A stretch of 59,996 nucleotides of DNA from a virus (Duplodnaviria > Caudoviricetes): IMG/VR virus record IMGVR_UViG_3300037264_000454, positions 1 to 59,996 of that record; one strand, written 5' to 3'. This document shows positions 7,518-16,708 of the stretch, piece after piece. Position numbers and translations under genes: made by a program. The notes beneath the pieces are model-generated. The model was not told where the DNA came from, ran no database searches, and saw only the letters and a list, made by a program, of their open reading frames with translations. Every line of letters begins with the position of its first letter. Within the stretch, counting starts at the first letter, position 1.

Positions 7518-7973
7518 TCAGTAGGCGGTCGCGGCCCAGGGTGTCCATCCGAGTCGGCCCCACATTTGGGCGGCGCACTCGATATTGGACAGCGGGCTGA
7601 GCAGGTTCCGTCCCGGCGCGTGGTCTTGGCGAATCTGGAAGAGCCCTTTGTGGATGCCGTTGACGGCCCAGGGTCGCCAAGACGACTCTCTCTCGACCAC
7701 GCGCAGGGCGATGGCGTGGTCCCAAGCAGTGAAAGGTCGCCCCAGACGTCGTCCCCAGTAGTGGAAACGTTCGTCGATCTCGTGCCGCCACAGTGCCCGT
7801 CCCGTGAGCCGGGGCGGGTGCGCGGCATGGTGATGGTGATGCATGCGCGGCGGCGGCATCGGCTTACGATCCAGATGAGTGCCGCCGCCGAGCTTGCCAG
7901 AAGCAGCAGGAGCGGCGACGCATAGTGCGAGCGCGAGCGTGCAAGTGATGGCGGGAATGCCTTCATACCTCAA
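7518..7973 (-). CDS. secreted lytic transglycosylase (SLT-like)
   Basis: Signal-like N-terminus; RESS, GLFQI, NIECA and GWTPW motifs. Confidence 0.75.
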   Translation of the reverse strand: MRYEGIPAITCTLALALCVAAPAASGKLGGGTHLDRKPMPPPRMHHHHHAAHPPRLTGRALWRHEIDERFHYWGRRLGRPFTAWDHAIALRVVERESSWRPWAVNGIHKGLFQIRQDHAPGRNLLSPLSNIECAAQMWGRLGWTPWAATAY

Positions 7974-8005
7974 ATCTTCACCTTTCGTTGCTCAGTGGGG
8001 CGGCT

Positions 8006-8131
8006 CCGAACTCGACGCCACGCAGCTACCGACGCAGGCGCCGCGAGCAGGGGGATGCTCGCCAACGGACAGGTGCAGTCGGAGGGGGGCTCCGCTGCAT
8101 GGTGCGTCTCACTGCGTGGCGTCGAGTTCGG
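8006..8131. ncRNA. candidate structured RNA: 20-bp perfect inverted repeat closing two hairpins
   Basis: ccgaactcgacgccacgcag 8006-8025 pairs with 8112-8131; inner hairpins have G-run loops (C-run on the minus strand). Confidence 0.5.
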
Positions 8132-8177
8132 CATGTGGACAGGGTACGGAATGCGACCGATGAAACTGTCGCACCCT

Positions 8178-8592
8178 AGAAAGGGGCGGCGCTGGGGTCG
8201 AACCAGCTGCCCGCCCCGGATGAGTCCTACACCGGCATTAGGCCGGGTCAGACTCGGCTGCGGTCGCCGCGGTCCTCGTCCGGCTTCCCGGTGTCACGTC
8301 GTCACGCGACTGAGGTTGATCCGCAACGGCCACGTTAGGCGGCCCCACCGCGGTGAGGTCGCGACTCCGCCCGCCCAATGGCGGGTGAGCTGTGGCGCGT
8401 GCCCCCGAATGGCCTGCAACACGCCTGCCGTCCCCTGCACCCTCTGCGTCACCAGTGGCCGATCTACTCAGACCGGGTAAGCGCCCGACTTACGAGGGCT
8501 TTGCGACTCGCACCCGACACGGTGCAGGACGGCGCCCGCATGGCCCGGAAGGTTGCTCGGTGGAGGTGTCGCTACCGAGGCGATCCGGGCAG
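8178..8592 (-). ncRNA. candidate large structured ncRNA ending in a T-loop-like hairpin
   Basis: No credible ORF. Nested helices (8427-8441/8521-8533; 8543-8549/8584-8590). 3' GGGGCGG..GCTGG-TTCGACC-CCAGC..CCGCCCC-TTT. TTGACA upstream at 8624-8629. Confidence 0.45.
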
Positions 8593-8647
8593 CTCTTGTG
8601 TCACGTTTTCTTGCACGAAAACTTGTCAATCCCGCCGCTTGGAGTTG

Positions 8648-10131
8648 TCAAACGCATAGCCTCGTCTGCGCCTCCGCCGCCGCAATCCGCGCCCGTGCGA
8701 TATCGACGTACTCCGCCTCGCGCTCGATGCCGATGAACTCGCGGCCATCTTCGGCGCAGGCCACGCCCGTGGTGCCGCTTCCCATGAATGGGTCAAGTAC
8801 CACGTCGCCGGGACGCGCCACGAGACGGACCAGCCAGCGCATGGGGCGAGGGGCTTGACGGTGGGGTGGTGGTTCTGCGTCGGCCTGCACTCGACCCACG
8901 AAAAATCATCGTGTCCGCAATCCGGCTTTCTGTTGTGTACGAATCGACAGCCACAGACGTTGCAGAGGCGCGCCCATTTGGAGGCGTTGCGCTCGACCTC
9001 TGGCATCCCCTCACACCCCGCGTTCCGCTCCGCCCGCGACGCCTTGGCGCAGTAGAAAAACCTAGTGAGCGGTTCGCCGCTTAGGGACGCCTCGCCAGTG
9101 AAGGGACTTGTGATCTCCGTCCCGCATGAGGCGCAGGTTTTCGAGCCGGTTGTCGGCCTTGTCTCGGTTGACGTGGTGGACGACGGCCCCCCTGGGGATT
9201 GGTCCGTGGGCGTCCTCCCAGACGCGCCGATGCTCGAACTGGTGGCGGTACTTGCCGCCCTCAATCCACCGGAGCATCCAGTATCCGGCCTGCTTGTAAC
9301 GCCCGGCATCCTCCCGACTTCTGCGCTCGAAGTCGGATCGGCAGGCTTTGTTGCAGTAGACGCCTTTGTTGCCGATGTTCCACGTCTCGCGTTCTGCACC
9401 ACACGCTCGGCACACGAAGCGCAAAGGCTCACGTCGTCGTCCCATCCGTAGTCTCCTTGGAAGTAGAAGCGCCCAGGCTCACCGAGGGCGTCCGCTACTG
9501 CTGAGTCTATCACACAGTTGGCGGGCCAGCGACCGGTGTTCTGGTCCCAGCCCCCACCATCGGCGCGGTCGTTGGACAAGTCTCCGTAGGCGGCCCCCTG
9601 CGTAGCCCGTCGCGGGGAGGACGGAACATCCTTCGTCGTCCCCACCCTGCACTCTTCAATCCCCAGCTCCCGCATCGGTCCCGGCTTGCGGGCGAGGATG
9701 ATGGGCTCCCACGCTGGCTTGAGACACGCCTTGCCCTTGGGGAATCCGCTGCCGTACAGCCACATGAGCGTGTCGCGTATCTCGAATCCTGCATCCTCAA
9801 GGGCGCAGGCGAGGCGGTGCCAGGTTCGGGTGCCTCCGAAGGCGAGGAGGTAGTGAGAGGGTTTGAGGACGCGGAGGGCTTCGAGCGCCCATGCGGTGTG
9901 GAAATGCTGGGCTGGAGTGCCCGCTTCGTAGGACGGCCCAACCCGGCCAGCGACCCAAGACTTGTCGCTCCCATGCTTGAAGCCGCCAGTGGGTCGCGAG
10001 TCGAACTTGTCCCACGCCTTCCCCATGAACTCAAGTCCGTAGGGCGGATCACAACAGATCGCGTCAACGCTGCCCGCTTCCATCGCGGCCATGACCTCGA
10101 GGCAGTCGCCGTGGTGGAGCACGCTACCCAC
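8648..10131 (-). CDS. DNA methyltransferase (N6-adenine/N4-cytosine), frameshifted near 8845
   Basis: DPPY and HPTVKP in one frame; DPFMGSGTTG and GIERE continue in another frame after about 8843. Confidence 0.8.
9062..9445 (-). CDS. HNH endonuclease nested in an alternate frame of the methyltransferase
   Basis: EHRRVWEDAHGPIP..VVHHVNRDKADNRLENL..H HNH_3 motif; YCNKAC zinc knuckle. Confidence 0.8.
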   Translation of the reverse strand: MGRRREPLRFVCRACGAERETWNIGNKGVYCNKACRSDFERRSREDAGRYKQAGYWMLRWIEGGKYRHQFEHRRVWEDAHGPIPRGAVVHHVNRDKADNRLENLRLMRDGDHKSLHWRGVPKRRTAH

Positions 10132-10405
10132 GCGCGCGCAACTCCCCCGCCCGCCTCGTCACGAACGCCGCGAACGATTCCCCGTCCCGACCCTCTGCCC
10201 AGAACTGGCCCATCCACGCGCCGTCGACGAACGAGGGCGTCAGCAGGAGCCCGCGCGCGGTGCAGGTGCCGTAACGATCGCGGCGCAACTTGCCGCGCCA
10301 GTCGTACTCGTACGCGACACGGCTGCCGCATTCCGGGCAGGGGAGTTTGTCGGCGTTGGGGGAGTAGGTGAGGCCGGTCATATTCACTGGATTGGGCTTA
10401 TTCAT
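10124..10405 (-). CDS. hypothetical protein
   Basis: Overlapping start/stop; CPEC. Confidence 0.5.
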   Translation of the reverse strand: MNKPNPVNMTGLTYSPNADKLPCPECGSRVAYEYDWRGKLRRDRYGTCTARGLLLTPSFVDGAWMGQFWAEGRDGESFAAFVTRRAGELRARG

Positions 10406-10878
10406 GTCGGGCGTGAATATGGCTCTTTGGGTGAAGATGCCGCTTCGTTTTCAGAACCCCGCGTTTCGCGCCTGGTTTCGCGAGCAGACTGGCAGTCGTC
10501 GCAGAGCGTCCGTATCCAGCCCCCTTCGCGGCGCTGGCCCCACTTGCCGCAGTCTTCGCAGGTGTGGTAGGAGCGCCCCTCGGCTCCGTCTATCAGGGCG
10601 TTCACGATGCTGTACCACGTCGGGTCGGCCTCGTCTCCTCCGACGTAGTGGTAGAAGCGCAGGCCGCCGAACTTCTCCTTGACCTGAGTCGCCACTACCT
10701 CGACGGGGGAGTTGTTGCTGATGAATTCCAGTTGCTCGGATAGCCGCTCGATGATGCCGTCCCAGCCGGGGCCGCACTCGAAGCCGAACGCCATGCAGGT
10801 CGCGCGCATGTCGCCGTGGCGGTCCCGGTAGAGAATCGGGCAGCGGGCGACTAGGGCGGCGTCTTTCTCAGCGTCCAC
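10402..10878 (-). CDS. conserved phage hypothetical protein
   Basis: ECGPGW, QVKEKFGGLRFY and CEDCG..GWIRTLC motifs. Confidence 0.75.
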   Translation of the reverse strand: MDAEKDAALVARCPILYRDRHGDMRATCMAFGFECGPGWDGIIERLSEQLEFISNNSPVEVVATQVKEKFGGLRFYHYVGGDEADPTWYSIVNALIDGAEGRSYHTCEDCGKWGQRREGGWIRTLCDDCQSARETRRETRGSENEAASSPKEPYSRPT

Positions 10879-11215
10879 AGTTTCTCCTCGCCTCGTCGAT
10901 CAGGTCGTACAGCAGGTCGGGGAACGGGTTCTTGGTCGATTGACCGGCGTCCGTGGTCGTGGCACCAACCGGGGTACGGGCCGTACCCTGGTCGCCGGAA
11001 CCTTGATTAGCGTCGGCGCATGATTCGGGTTGTTGCGTAACCTGTAACATGCCTCGCCACGACGGCCGCAGGTAGCCGAAGTCCCTGGCCTCTGTCACGG
11101 CAACGCGGTCGCCGCAGACCCCGCACGTGCCCATGTGCCACGTCGCGAACTGCGGCTCGCTGTTGCCGTGCTCGATGCCGCAGTCGGCGCAGACCCAGAC
11201 GGGTTGGTCGGTCAT
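10868..11215 (-). CDS. hypothetical zinc-binding protein
   Basis: WVCADCG..TWHMGTCGVC..TEARDFGY. Confidence 0.55.
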   Translation of the reverse strand: MTDQPVWVCADCGIEHGNSEPQFATWHMGTCGVCGDRVAVTEARDFGYLRPSWRGMLQVTQQPESCADANQGSGDQGTARTPVGATTTDAGQSTKNPFPDLLYDLIDEARRNCGR

Positions 11216-11514
11216 GCGTTCACCCCGCACATCTTCAGTTGGTCCCACAGCATCCCGTATTCGAGCCAGTCCGCGACCTCGGGAGGGTCTATCTCTCCCC
11301 GCTCGCGTGTGTAGATGCAGAGCGGGTGACAGGCGAGGTCGACATCGTTCTTGCCGAGGTAGTTGCAGTGAGCGACCCGGGCGTAGTCGGGCAGCCCGGC
11401 ATTGTCGGGAAATGGCTCGGGCGTGCTCGACCAATACGGGCACGTCGCACTCCCGTCGGGTTCGTGGCAGTAGTCGCCGGCTGGAATGACGGACTTGTCG
11501 AATCGGTCGCTCAC
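11212..11514 (-). CDS. hypothetical protein
   Basis: IPAGDYC..CPYW..LWDQLKMCGVN; 4-bp overlaps. Confidence 0.6.
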   Translation of the reverse strand: MSDRFDKSVIPAGDYCHEPDGSATCPYWSSTPEPFPDNAGLPDYARVAHCNYLGKNDVDLACHPLCIYTRERGEIDPPEVADWLEYGMLWDQLKMCGVNA

Positions 11515-11774
11515 TGTTCCCGCTCCCGCGCCGCCTTCTCGGCCAAGTAAACCAATGAGTCCGCGATTTCCTCAACGATGTCGCAGTCGAGCTTATAATC
11601 CTCTGTACGAATGAGCCGGTCGCCGTAATCCGTGAAGCCTTCTTCGTGGCGCTCGACGGCGACCTCGATGGCGTAGGAGAGATATGCGTCGTCGGCGACC
11701 AGGGAACGGAGCATGGTCCGGGCCGCGTCCAAGTTCTTGATGAGGCGCTTCTTTTGGGTGAGGTAGGGGATCAC
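11511..11774 (-). CDS. hypothetical protein (dATP/dGTP pyrophosphohydrolase-like helix)
   Basis: G..DYG..EEIADSLVY pattern. Confidence 0.45.
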   Translation of the reverse strand: MIPYLTQKKRLIKNLDAARTMLRSLVADDAYLSYAIEVAVERHEEGFTDYGDRLIRTEDYKLDCDIVEEIADSLVYLAEKAAREREQ

Positions 11775-12361
11775 GTCGACACCGCCATCGTCACGTGCTC
11801 TAGCGCCTCATTGCCCCACGTGTCCCAGCCGAGGCGGTTTCTGCGGGCGAAGAGTTCGAGGTAGGGGCCGGGGGAGACGGACTCGATAACATCCTGCATC
11901 CCCTCCGGCTTGGCCGAGTGCGTCGGGTGCCCGCCACGGGCATACGGTCGCTTGAACGACCACCACGACGTATCCACCCGCTGCTTGTGCGCGAGTCTTC
12001 CCCGACGCGCGAACAGGACGAACTCAGTCGTGGGGACGTAGGCACCGCCGAACCCCAGGCCGCGCGGCTGCTTACACCATGTCAGGAGTGCGGAGTAGGA
12101 GAATCCCCAGTCTGCCACCATCCGGTAGGCGTCGGGGACGAAGCGGCCGAAGGTCCATAGGTAGACATGCGCGTCGAGTTCGGCAAGTTCGTTGACGGGG
12201 AGCGCGGCGATCTCGTCTATGCTCATGCGCTCGTATGGCACGGGTTTGCTCGGGCCGACGTGACGCTCACGCCACTGGCCAGCCGTCGATAGTGTTCGCG
12301 CTCCGAAGTCTTTGACCGGCCACGGCGGGTCCGCAACGATAGTCCGGTACTTGCCGCTCAT
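11771..12361 (-). CDS. MT-A70 family adenine methyltransferase
   Basis: IVADPPW, YLWT, WGF, HSAKP, LELFAR and GWDTWGNE motifs. Confidence 0.9.
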   Translation of the reverse strand: MSGKYRTIVADPPWPVKDFGARTLSTAGQWRERHVGPSKPVPYERMSIDEIAALPVNELAELDAHVYLWTFGRFVPDAYRMVADWGFSYSALLTWCKQPRGLGFGGAYVPTTEFVLFARRGRLAHKQRVDTSWWSFKRPYARGGHPTHSAKPEGMQDVIESVSPGPYLELFARRNRLGWDTWGNEALEHVTMAVST

Positions 12362-12504
12362 TTGACGTCACCTTCCTCGGCGACGTAGCCGCACCATGTG
12401 CAGGTGCCGGTTGCGACGGCGGGCAGGGGGTTCTCTCTGAGGCACCGGGGACACCGCACGAGATAGAACCTGCCGTCTTGGGTGCGGAAGACGAAGGGCT
12501 TCAC
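12358..12504 (-). CDS. small zinc-finger protein (48 aa)
   Basis: LVRCPRC..CTWCGY; 4-bp overlaps on both sides; too short for the ORF track. Confidence 0.55.
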   Translation of the reverse strand: MKPFVFRTQDGRFYLVRCPRCLRENPLPAVATGTCTWCGYVAEEGDVK

Positions 12505-13337
12505 GCGACGGCCTCGATTCGCGCGCCATACCTTGATGGGTAGATGTTCGCGCGGGCCATGCCGATATCTATTGGGTCAAGATCCATGTCCTCGGCGTAG
12601 TTTTCTCCGTCCTCGCGAAACGTCTTGAGATAGCCTCCGGTCAATACGACGTACACGGGCCTGTCCGTAAGTTTGTGGAAGTGGCGGTCGCAGCCCATGC
12701 GCTGCTCCGCGCCAAGGCGCTTGTAGTGGCAGTGACCGCGAGCCAGGATGTCGACTTCGGGCCAATACCGAGCTTTGACTAGTAGTTGATTCAGCAGAGT
12801 TGCTGCATATTTCGCCGTGTGCGTACCGTGGTGCAGGTTCATCACGACGGTACAGGCGTGCCCATGCGCGTCTGTGAACACGATGCGCACCAGGGCACCG
12901 CCGGGAGCCCACAGAAGTTCCCGCAACTCGTCCCCGCCCATCTTCTCCAGCTTCCGGCGCATGACGTTTGTCTGGTGCTGCTTGTCGTACGTGTTGGAGT
13001 GATTCGACCCGAGTTGCACAACGCACTTCGACACGACGGGCTTCTCGAAGTCTGCGAGCCATTCGATCTCGACGTCACCGAGGCGGCTCAGGTCGTGGAC
13101 GGTGAGCAGGTCTGGGTCTAGATGCTCGGCCTTGAATCGCTTGTCGCCGATGCCGATAAAGTCGCCGTTGTCGCCCATGTTGGCGTACATAGAGTTGGGG
13201 TCGTCGGCGATAATCTGCCGGTCCTTGCGTAGCTCATGCTTGGCGCAGGCGGCGTTGAACACGTGCCAGTCTCCCCACCAGAAGAACGGGAAGCACTCGC
13301 CTTCGGTGAACTGCCGGCGGACCGTGATGAGCCTCAC
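12501..13337 (-). CDS. calcineurin-like metallophosphoesterase
   Basis: GDWH, GDNGD, GSNH, HHG and GHCH motifs. Confidence 0.8.
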   Translation of the reverse strand: MRLITVRRQFTEGECFPFFWWGDWHVFNAACAKHELRKDRQIIADDPNSMYANMGDNGDFIGIGDKRFKAEHLDPDLLTVHDLSRLGDVEIEWLADFEKPVVSKCVVQLGSNHSNTYDKQHQTNVMRRKLEKMGGDELRELLWAPGGALVRIVFTDAHGHACTVVMNLHHGTHTAKYAATLLNQLLVKARYWPEVDILARGHCHYKRLGAEQRMGCDRHFHKLTDRPVYVVLTGGYLKTFREDGENYAEDMDLDPIDIGMARANIYPSRYGARIEAVA

Positions 13338-13340
13338 GAC

Positions 13341-13559
13341 TCAGCGCCCCTCAATCGGCACTCGCACCCCGACCGTGAGCGGATTCGTGGGCAGCTTCGC
13401 AATCTGCCGGCACCAGAAACGCCAGCAAGTCCCCGAACAGAAGAAGAGCGAGGCAATGCGCTTGCCCGTGGCCCGGTCGTACTGCACGTGTTCGATGTCG
13501 ACGGGGCAGTCGCGGCCGCACGCCTCGCACTGTTGGATCGCAGGCGGCAACTCATGCAC
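13341..13559 (-). CDS. small Cys-rich protein
   Basis: CEAC..FCSGTC. Confidence 0.45.
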   Translation of the reverse strand: MHELPPAIQQCEACGRDCPVDIEHVQYDRATGKRIASLFFCSGTCWRFWCRQIAKLPTNPLTVGVRVPIEGR

Positions 13560-14220
13560 GCCCCTTCAGAATCCGCGCAATCAGCCGACGCGCCCAAATC
13601 AGCGACTTCGAGTCCGCCCGCTTGAACTGCCGCCGGATGCGCTTCTTCTCGCGGTCGGTCAGCGGCGAGTACGAACGCAGCGTCAGATCCCAGAACTTCG
13701 CAACTCCCCGCGCCAGAGCCAGCCCGTACGCCTCGTGGTGGTCCGCCATGTGGCGCGCCTCGGCGAGATTGGAATGGAAGAGCAGCTCGGTAAGGATGGC
13801 CGGGCAGGACGGACCGTGCGTCTCAGCGAGCCCGTCATTGCGCACGATGCCGTAGTCGGAGCCGGGCGAGAGCGGCGCGATGGCACCCTGCACGTCGTCG
13901 GCGAGTTCTTGACTACCGAAGTTGGGGCCGTAGAAGGTGATCGTGCCGTCGCAGGTTCCGCCGGCGTTCGTGTGCACGGCGACGTGTGCGTGTGCCCCGA
14001 AGGCGCGCGAGTCGGCGACTACCCGCGACAGGTAGATCCCGTCGTCGAGGTAGCGCCACGAGCGAGTCGAGAGCTTGACGGCAAAGCGGCCGTCGGCGCG
14101 CAGGTGGCGTGCGGCGATGTCGCACACGGCGCGCATGTGGGCCTCTTCGGTTCCGAGACCGGCGACGTAGCTATTGTGGATCTGAAGCGATGGGGATAGA
14201 TAGATTCGGTGTGGGATCAC
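13552..14220 (-). CDS. endolysin, N-acetylmuramoyl-L-alanine amidase (Amidase_3)
   Basis: YLSPS, E, AVHTNAGG, LAE and PAILTELLFHSN motifs; downstream of the tail genes. Confidence 0.85.
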   Translation of the reverse strand: MIPHRIYLSPSLQIHNSYVAGLGTEEAHMRAVCDIAARHLRADGRFAVKLSTRSWRYLDDGIYLSRVVADSRAFGAHAHVAVHTNAGGTCDGTITFYGPNFGSQELADDVQGAIAPLSPGSDYGIVRNDGLAETHGPSCPAILTELLFHSNLAEARHMADHHEAYGLALARGVAKFWDLTLRSYSPLTDREKKRIRRQFKRADSKSLIWARRLIARILKGRA

Positions 14221-14644
14221 GTCCTACTCCTCTACTAGCCAGACGGCAGGGACCATGAGGCCAGAGCCGTTGTGCGTCTTCGATATGACTTCGAGCAGGT
14301 CGGTCGCGTCGGGAACGACAAGGTCAACGTCTGCCGATCCGTCCCCGTTCACCCAGACCCGCTTGACTGCTGCGCAAACCTTCATGCCGTCTCCTCTCGG
14401 GAGCCAGTTGCCTGTGCGTCTAAGGTACTCAGCGCCGCCGACGAAACCGTCGCAGGTCAGAAACGAGTGAACGCCCGCCCAGAGCCGCTGGTCGACGGAT
14501 GGACGGGCGTTGCGGCGGCGAGGGGAGCCGCTCTCTTGAAAGAATGCCCTCAGGATGGTCGAATCTTGTCCCTGAGCGCCACGACGACCACCACGATCAC
14601 AAGCGCGATGACGAGCAGGCCCACGACGCGGCTCCTCAGATGTG

Positions 14645-14917
14645 TCACAGGGGCCGGAATCCGAGCGCGGCAAGCAGCCCAACACAGGTCACGACCGCGC
14701 CCGCGACGACAGAGAGGCGCTTGTACCAGCGGCGGCGCTCGGCGGCCTGTGCGGTGCGGGCCTTGGCGTTGGACACCAGCCACTTGACGTCGTCGCGCAT
14801 CGGACAGGCGATCTCGTGACCCGCGACTGCCTTGTGGATGGCCTCGACCGTCTCCACCTTCCAATCGGCGACGTCTTCAATGAGCCGGTCGATTCGGTCG
14901 CGTTCGTTGGCGGTCAT
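14645..14917 (-). CDS. single-TM membrane protein, possible holin/lysis protein
   Basis: C-terminal TM helix; located between tail genes and endolysin. Confidence 0.5.
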   Translation of the reverse strand: MTANERDRIDRLIEDVADWKVETVEAIHKAVAGHEIACPMRDDVKWLVSNAKARTAQAAERRRWYKRLSVVAGAVVTCVGLLAALGFRPL

Positions 14918-14936
14918 CGGTTGCCTCTTTTCATGG

Positions 14937-16676
14937 TCACGCGATCCCACGCCGCGTCTTGTACTGCTTCTTGCGGCGGTGACGACGTCCGAACCTTCCA
15001 CTACTGCCCTCTGGCGCGTCCGGCTCCCACGGCTCGCCGATCGTCGCCGTGGCGGTCATCGTGCCGAAGTCGTAACTCGTCTCGACGACGTAGAGCGGGT
15101 CGCCGAACAGGTCGGTATCATCAAGGTCGAGCGCCGTGATGCGGTCGCCGGGTCGCAGCCGATAGGTCGGCTCGGAGATCCCCGTGACGGTATGGGCGGT
15201 GTCGGCGAGAACGACGCTGCCGGTGTAGAGCCGCGACTGGCGGTTCTCGTAGATGGCCTGCGCGTACTTTGAGGCGGTGGCTGGAGTCATCAGCGCCGCG
15301 TCGGAGGCGAGGTCGATTACCTCGACGTTGTCCGTGTAGGCGGGCGACCCGGTCGGGTAGTCGACCTTGCGTACCGTGCCGTCGGGACAGGTCGGATCGG
15401 GAGTCAGGGCGGTGGCGGATAGGTAGGAGTAGACGACCTCCACGTAGTCAGGCGTCATCTCGGAATCCCTCAGAAGTCCGCTGATGTCCTCGCCGCCGCG
15501 CCCGCCGACGACCCAGCGCCGGTTGCCTGGCCAGAGGTTGTCGGGCTCGGGGCGGATACGGCCGTTGAAGCGCACGACGCCCTCGGGGTCGAGGTCGAAG
15601 AACAGTTCCAGCGGCCCGCCGTAGAGATCACCGGCAGCGAGAAGCGTATCGGCGCGCGTCGTCGGGTAGCGGCTGACAAACTCGTCGTAGATGCCCGTCA
15701 CCAAACCATCGAGGACGGGGTCGATGAAACCCGGCGAAGGACTCGAGTTGAACGACACGATCCGCAGGACGTCACCGATATTATTCGCCTCGATACCCGG
15801 CGTCCATGTAGAGTCAAGCCCGTCTCCGGTGACACGCACATTGCGCACCAGGAGGTAGGGGTTGTTGGTCTGGGCGTTGTAGGAGTGGCACCAGAGCTTG
15901 ATGAGGATTGTGTCGTGTCCCGGCGTGGCGGCGACCAAATCATCCGTCCAGGTAGCGACCGGAGAATCGGCGCTAGTCTTCTCCCAGGTGTAAGCCCCAG
16001 CGCCGGGATCGGTCGAGACTGGACCCGAATTCCCGGACCATATCGCCGCGCGCCAGCCGGTCGGCAGGCGTAGCTTGTACTCGAAGTGGAAGTGGAAGAT
16101 GGTCCCCGAGCCGCTTGTCAGTCCGTCGTGAATCCAGTAGTAGACGGCTGCGGCGTCGTCGGTGGCGAAGTTGCGATCAACGATGCCACGAAGTTCGATC
16201 CACTCCTCTTTCTGCACGGTGAACTTGCCCGAGTGGTCGTGCTTGTTGCGGTACTGGTGCCACTGGTCCAGATCGGTGTCGCGGCCGATGTAGCCGTACG
16301 AGCCGTCACGCGCGGCGACGGCGAACTGGCCGCAGCAGTCGACCGTCACGGAGTCCTGCGCGCTGATACGGTGGCGCACGGGGTCGGAGAGGATAAAGCC
16401 GCCCCAGATCGGCTCGCCGTTGATGCGCAGGACCACTTTCGAGTCGATCGGAACCAGCACGTTGCGGTACTTCTCCACCGCGTCGCCTACCAGCGTGAAG
16501 TCGAGCGAGCCGTCGCCGCCGGGCATCCCCTTGGTCATCGTGCCGAGGATGGCGTCGGCGCCGAGCTCCTGATAGCCGAGGGTGTCGTTACCGACGACGA
16601 GGCTGACGACGGGAGCGGCCACCCTACCACCGGCCGCCCCGGTAGACCAACCCCTCATAAGTAGGAGCAGGGTCAT
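14937..16676 (-). CDS. minor tail protein
   Basis: Position; GMPGG..SLDF start and RLRPGDRI..YVVETSYD end typical of tail hub proteins. Confidence 0.65.
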   Translation of the reverse strand: MTLLLLMRGWSTGAAGGRVAAPVVSLVVGNDTLGYQELGADAILGTMTKGMPGGDGSLDFTLVGDAVEKYRNVLVPIDSKVVLRINGEPIWGGFILSDPVRHRISAQDSVTVDCCGQFAVAARDGSYGYIGRDTDLDQWHQYRNKHDHSGKFTVQKEEWIELRGIVDRNFATDDAAAVYYWIHDGLTSGSGTIFHFHFEYKLRLPTGWRAAIWSGNSGPVSTDPGAGAYTWEKTSADSPVATWTDDLVAATPGHDTILIKLWCHSYNAQTNNPYLLVRNVRVTGDGLDSTWTPGIEANNIGDVLRIVSFNSSPSPGFIDPVLDGLVTGIYDEFVSRYPTTRADTLLAAGDLYGGPLELFFDLDPEGVVRFNGRIRPEPDNLWPGNRRWVVGGRGGEDISGLLRDSEMTPDYVEVVYSYLSATALTPDPTCPDGTVRKVDYPTGSPAYTDNVEVIDLASDAALMTPATASKYAQAIYENRQSRLYTGSVVLADTAHTVTGISEPTYRLRPGDRITALDLDDTDLFGDPLYVVETSYDFGTMTATATIGEPWEPDAPEGSSGRFGRRHRRKKQYKTRRGIA

Positions 16677-16708
16677 TTACTTGCATTCCGACTTCAGCAT
16701 AGTGCGGC

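Noticed and set aside
8183-8217. tRNA gene
   Set aside because: Only a T-arm-like hairpin on a GC stem; no D-arm or anticodon arm. Kept as part of the ncRNA candidate (it may also act as a terminator).
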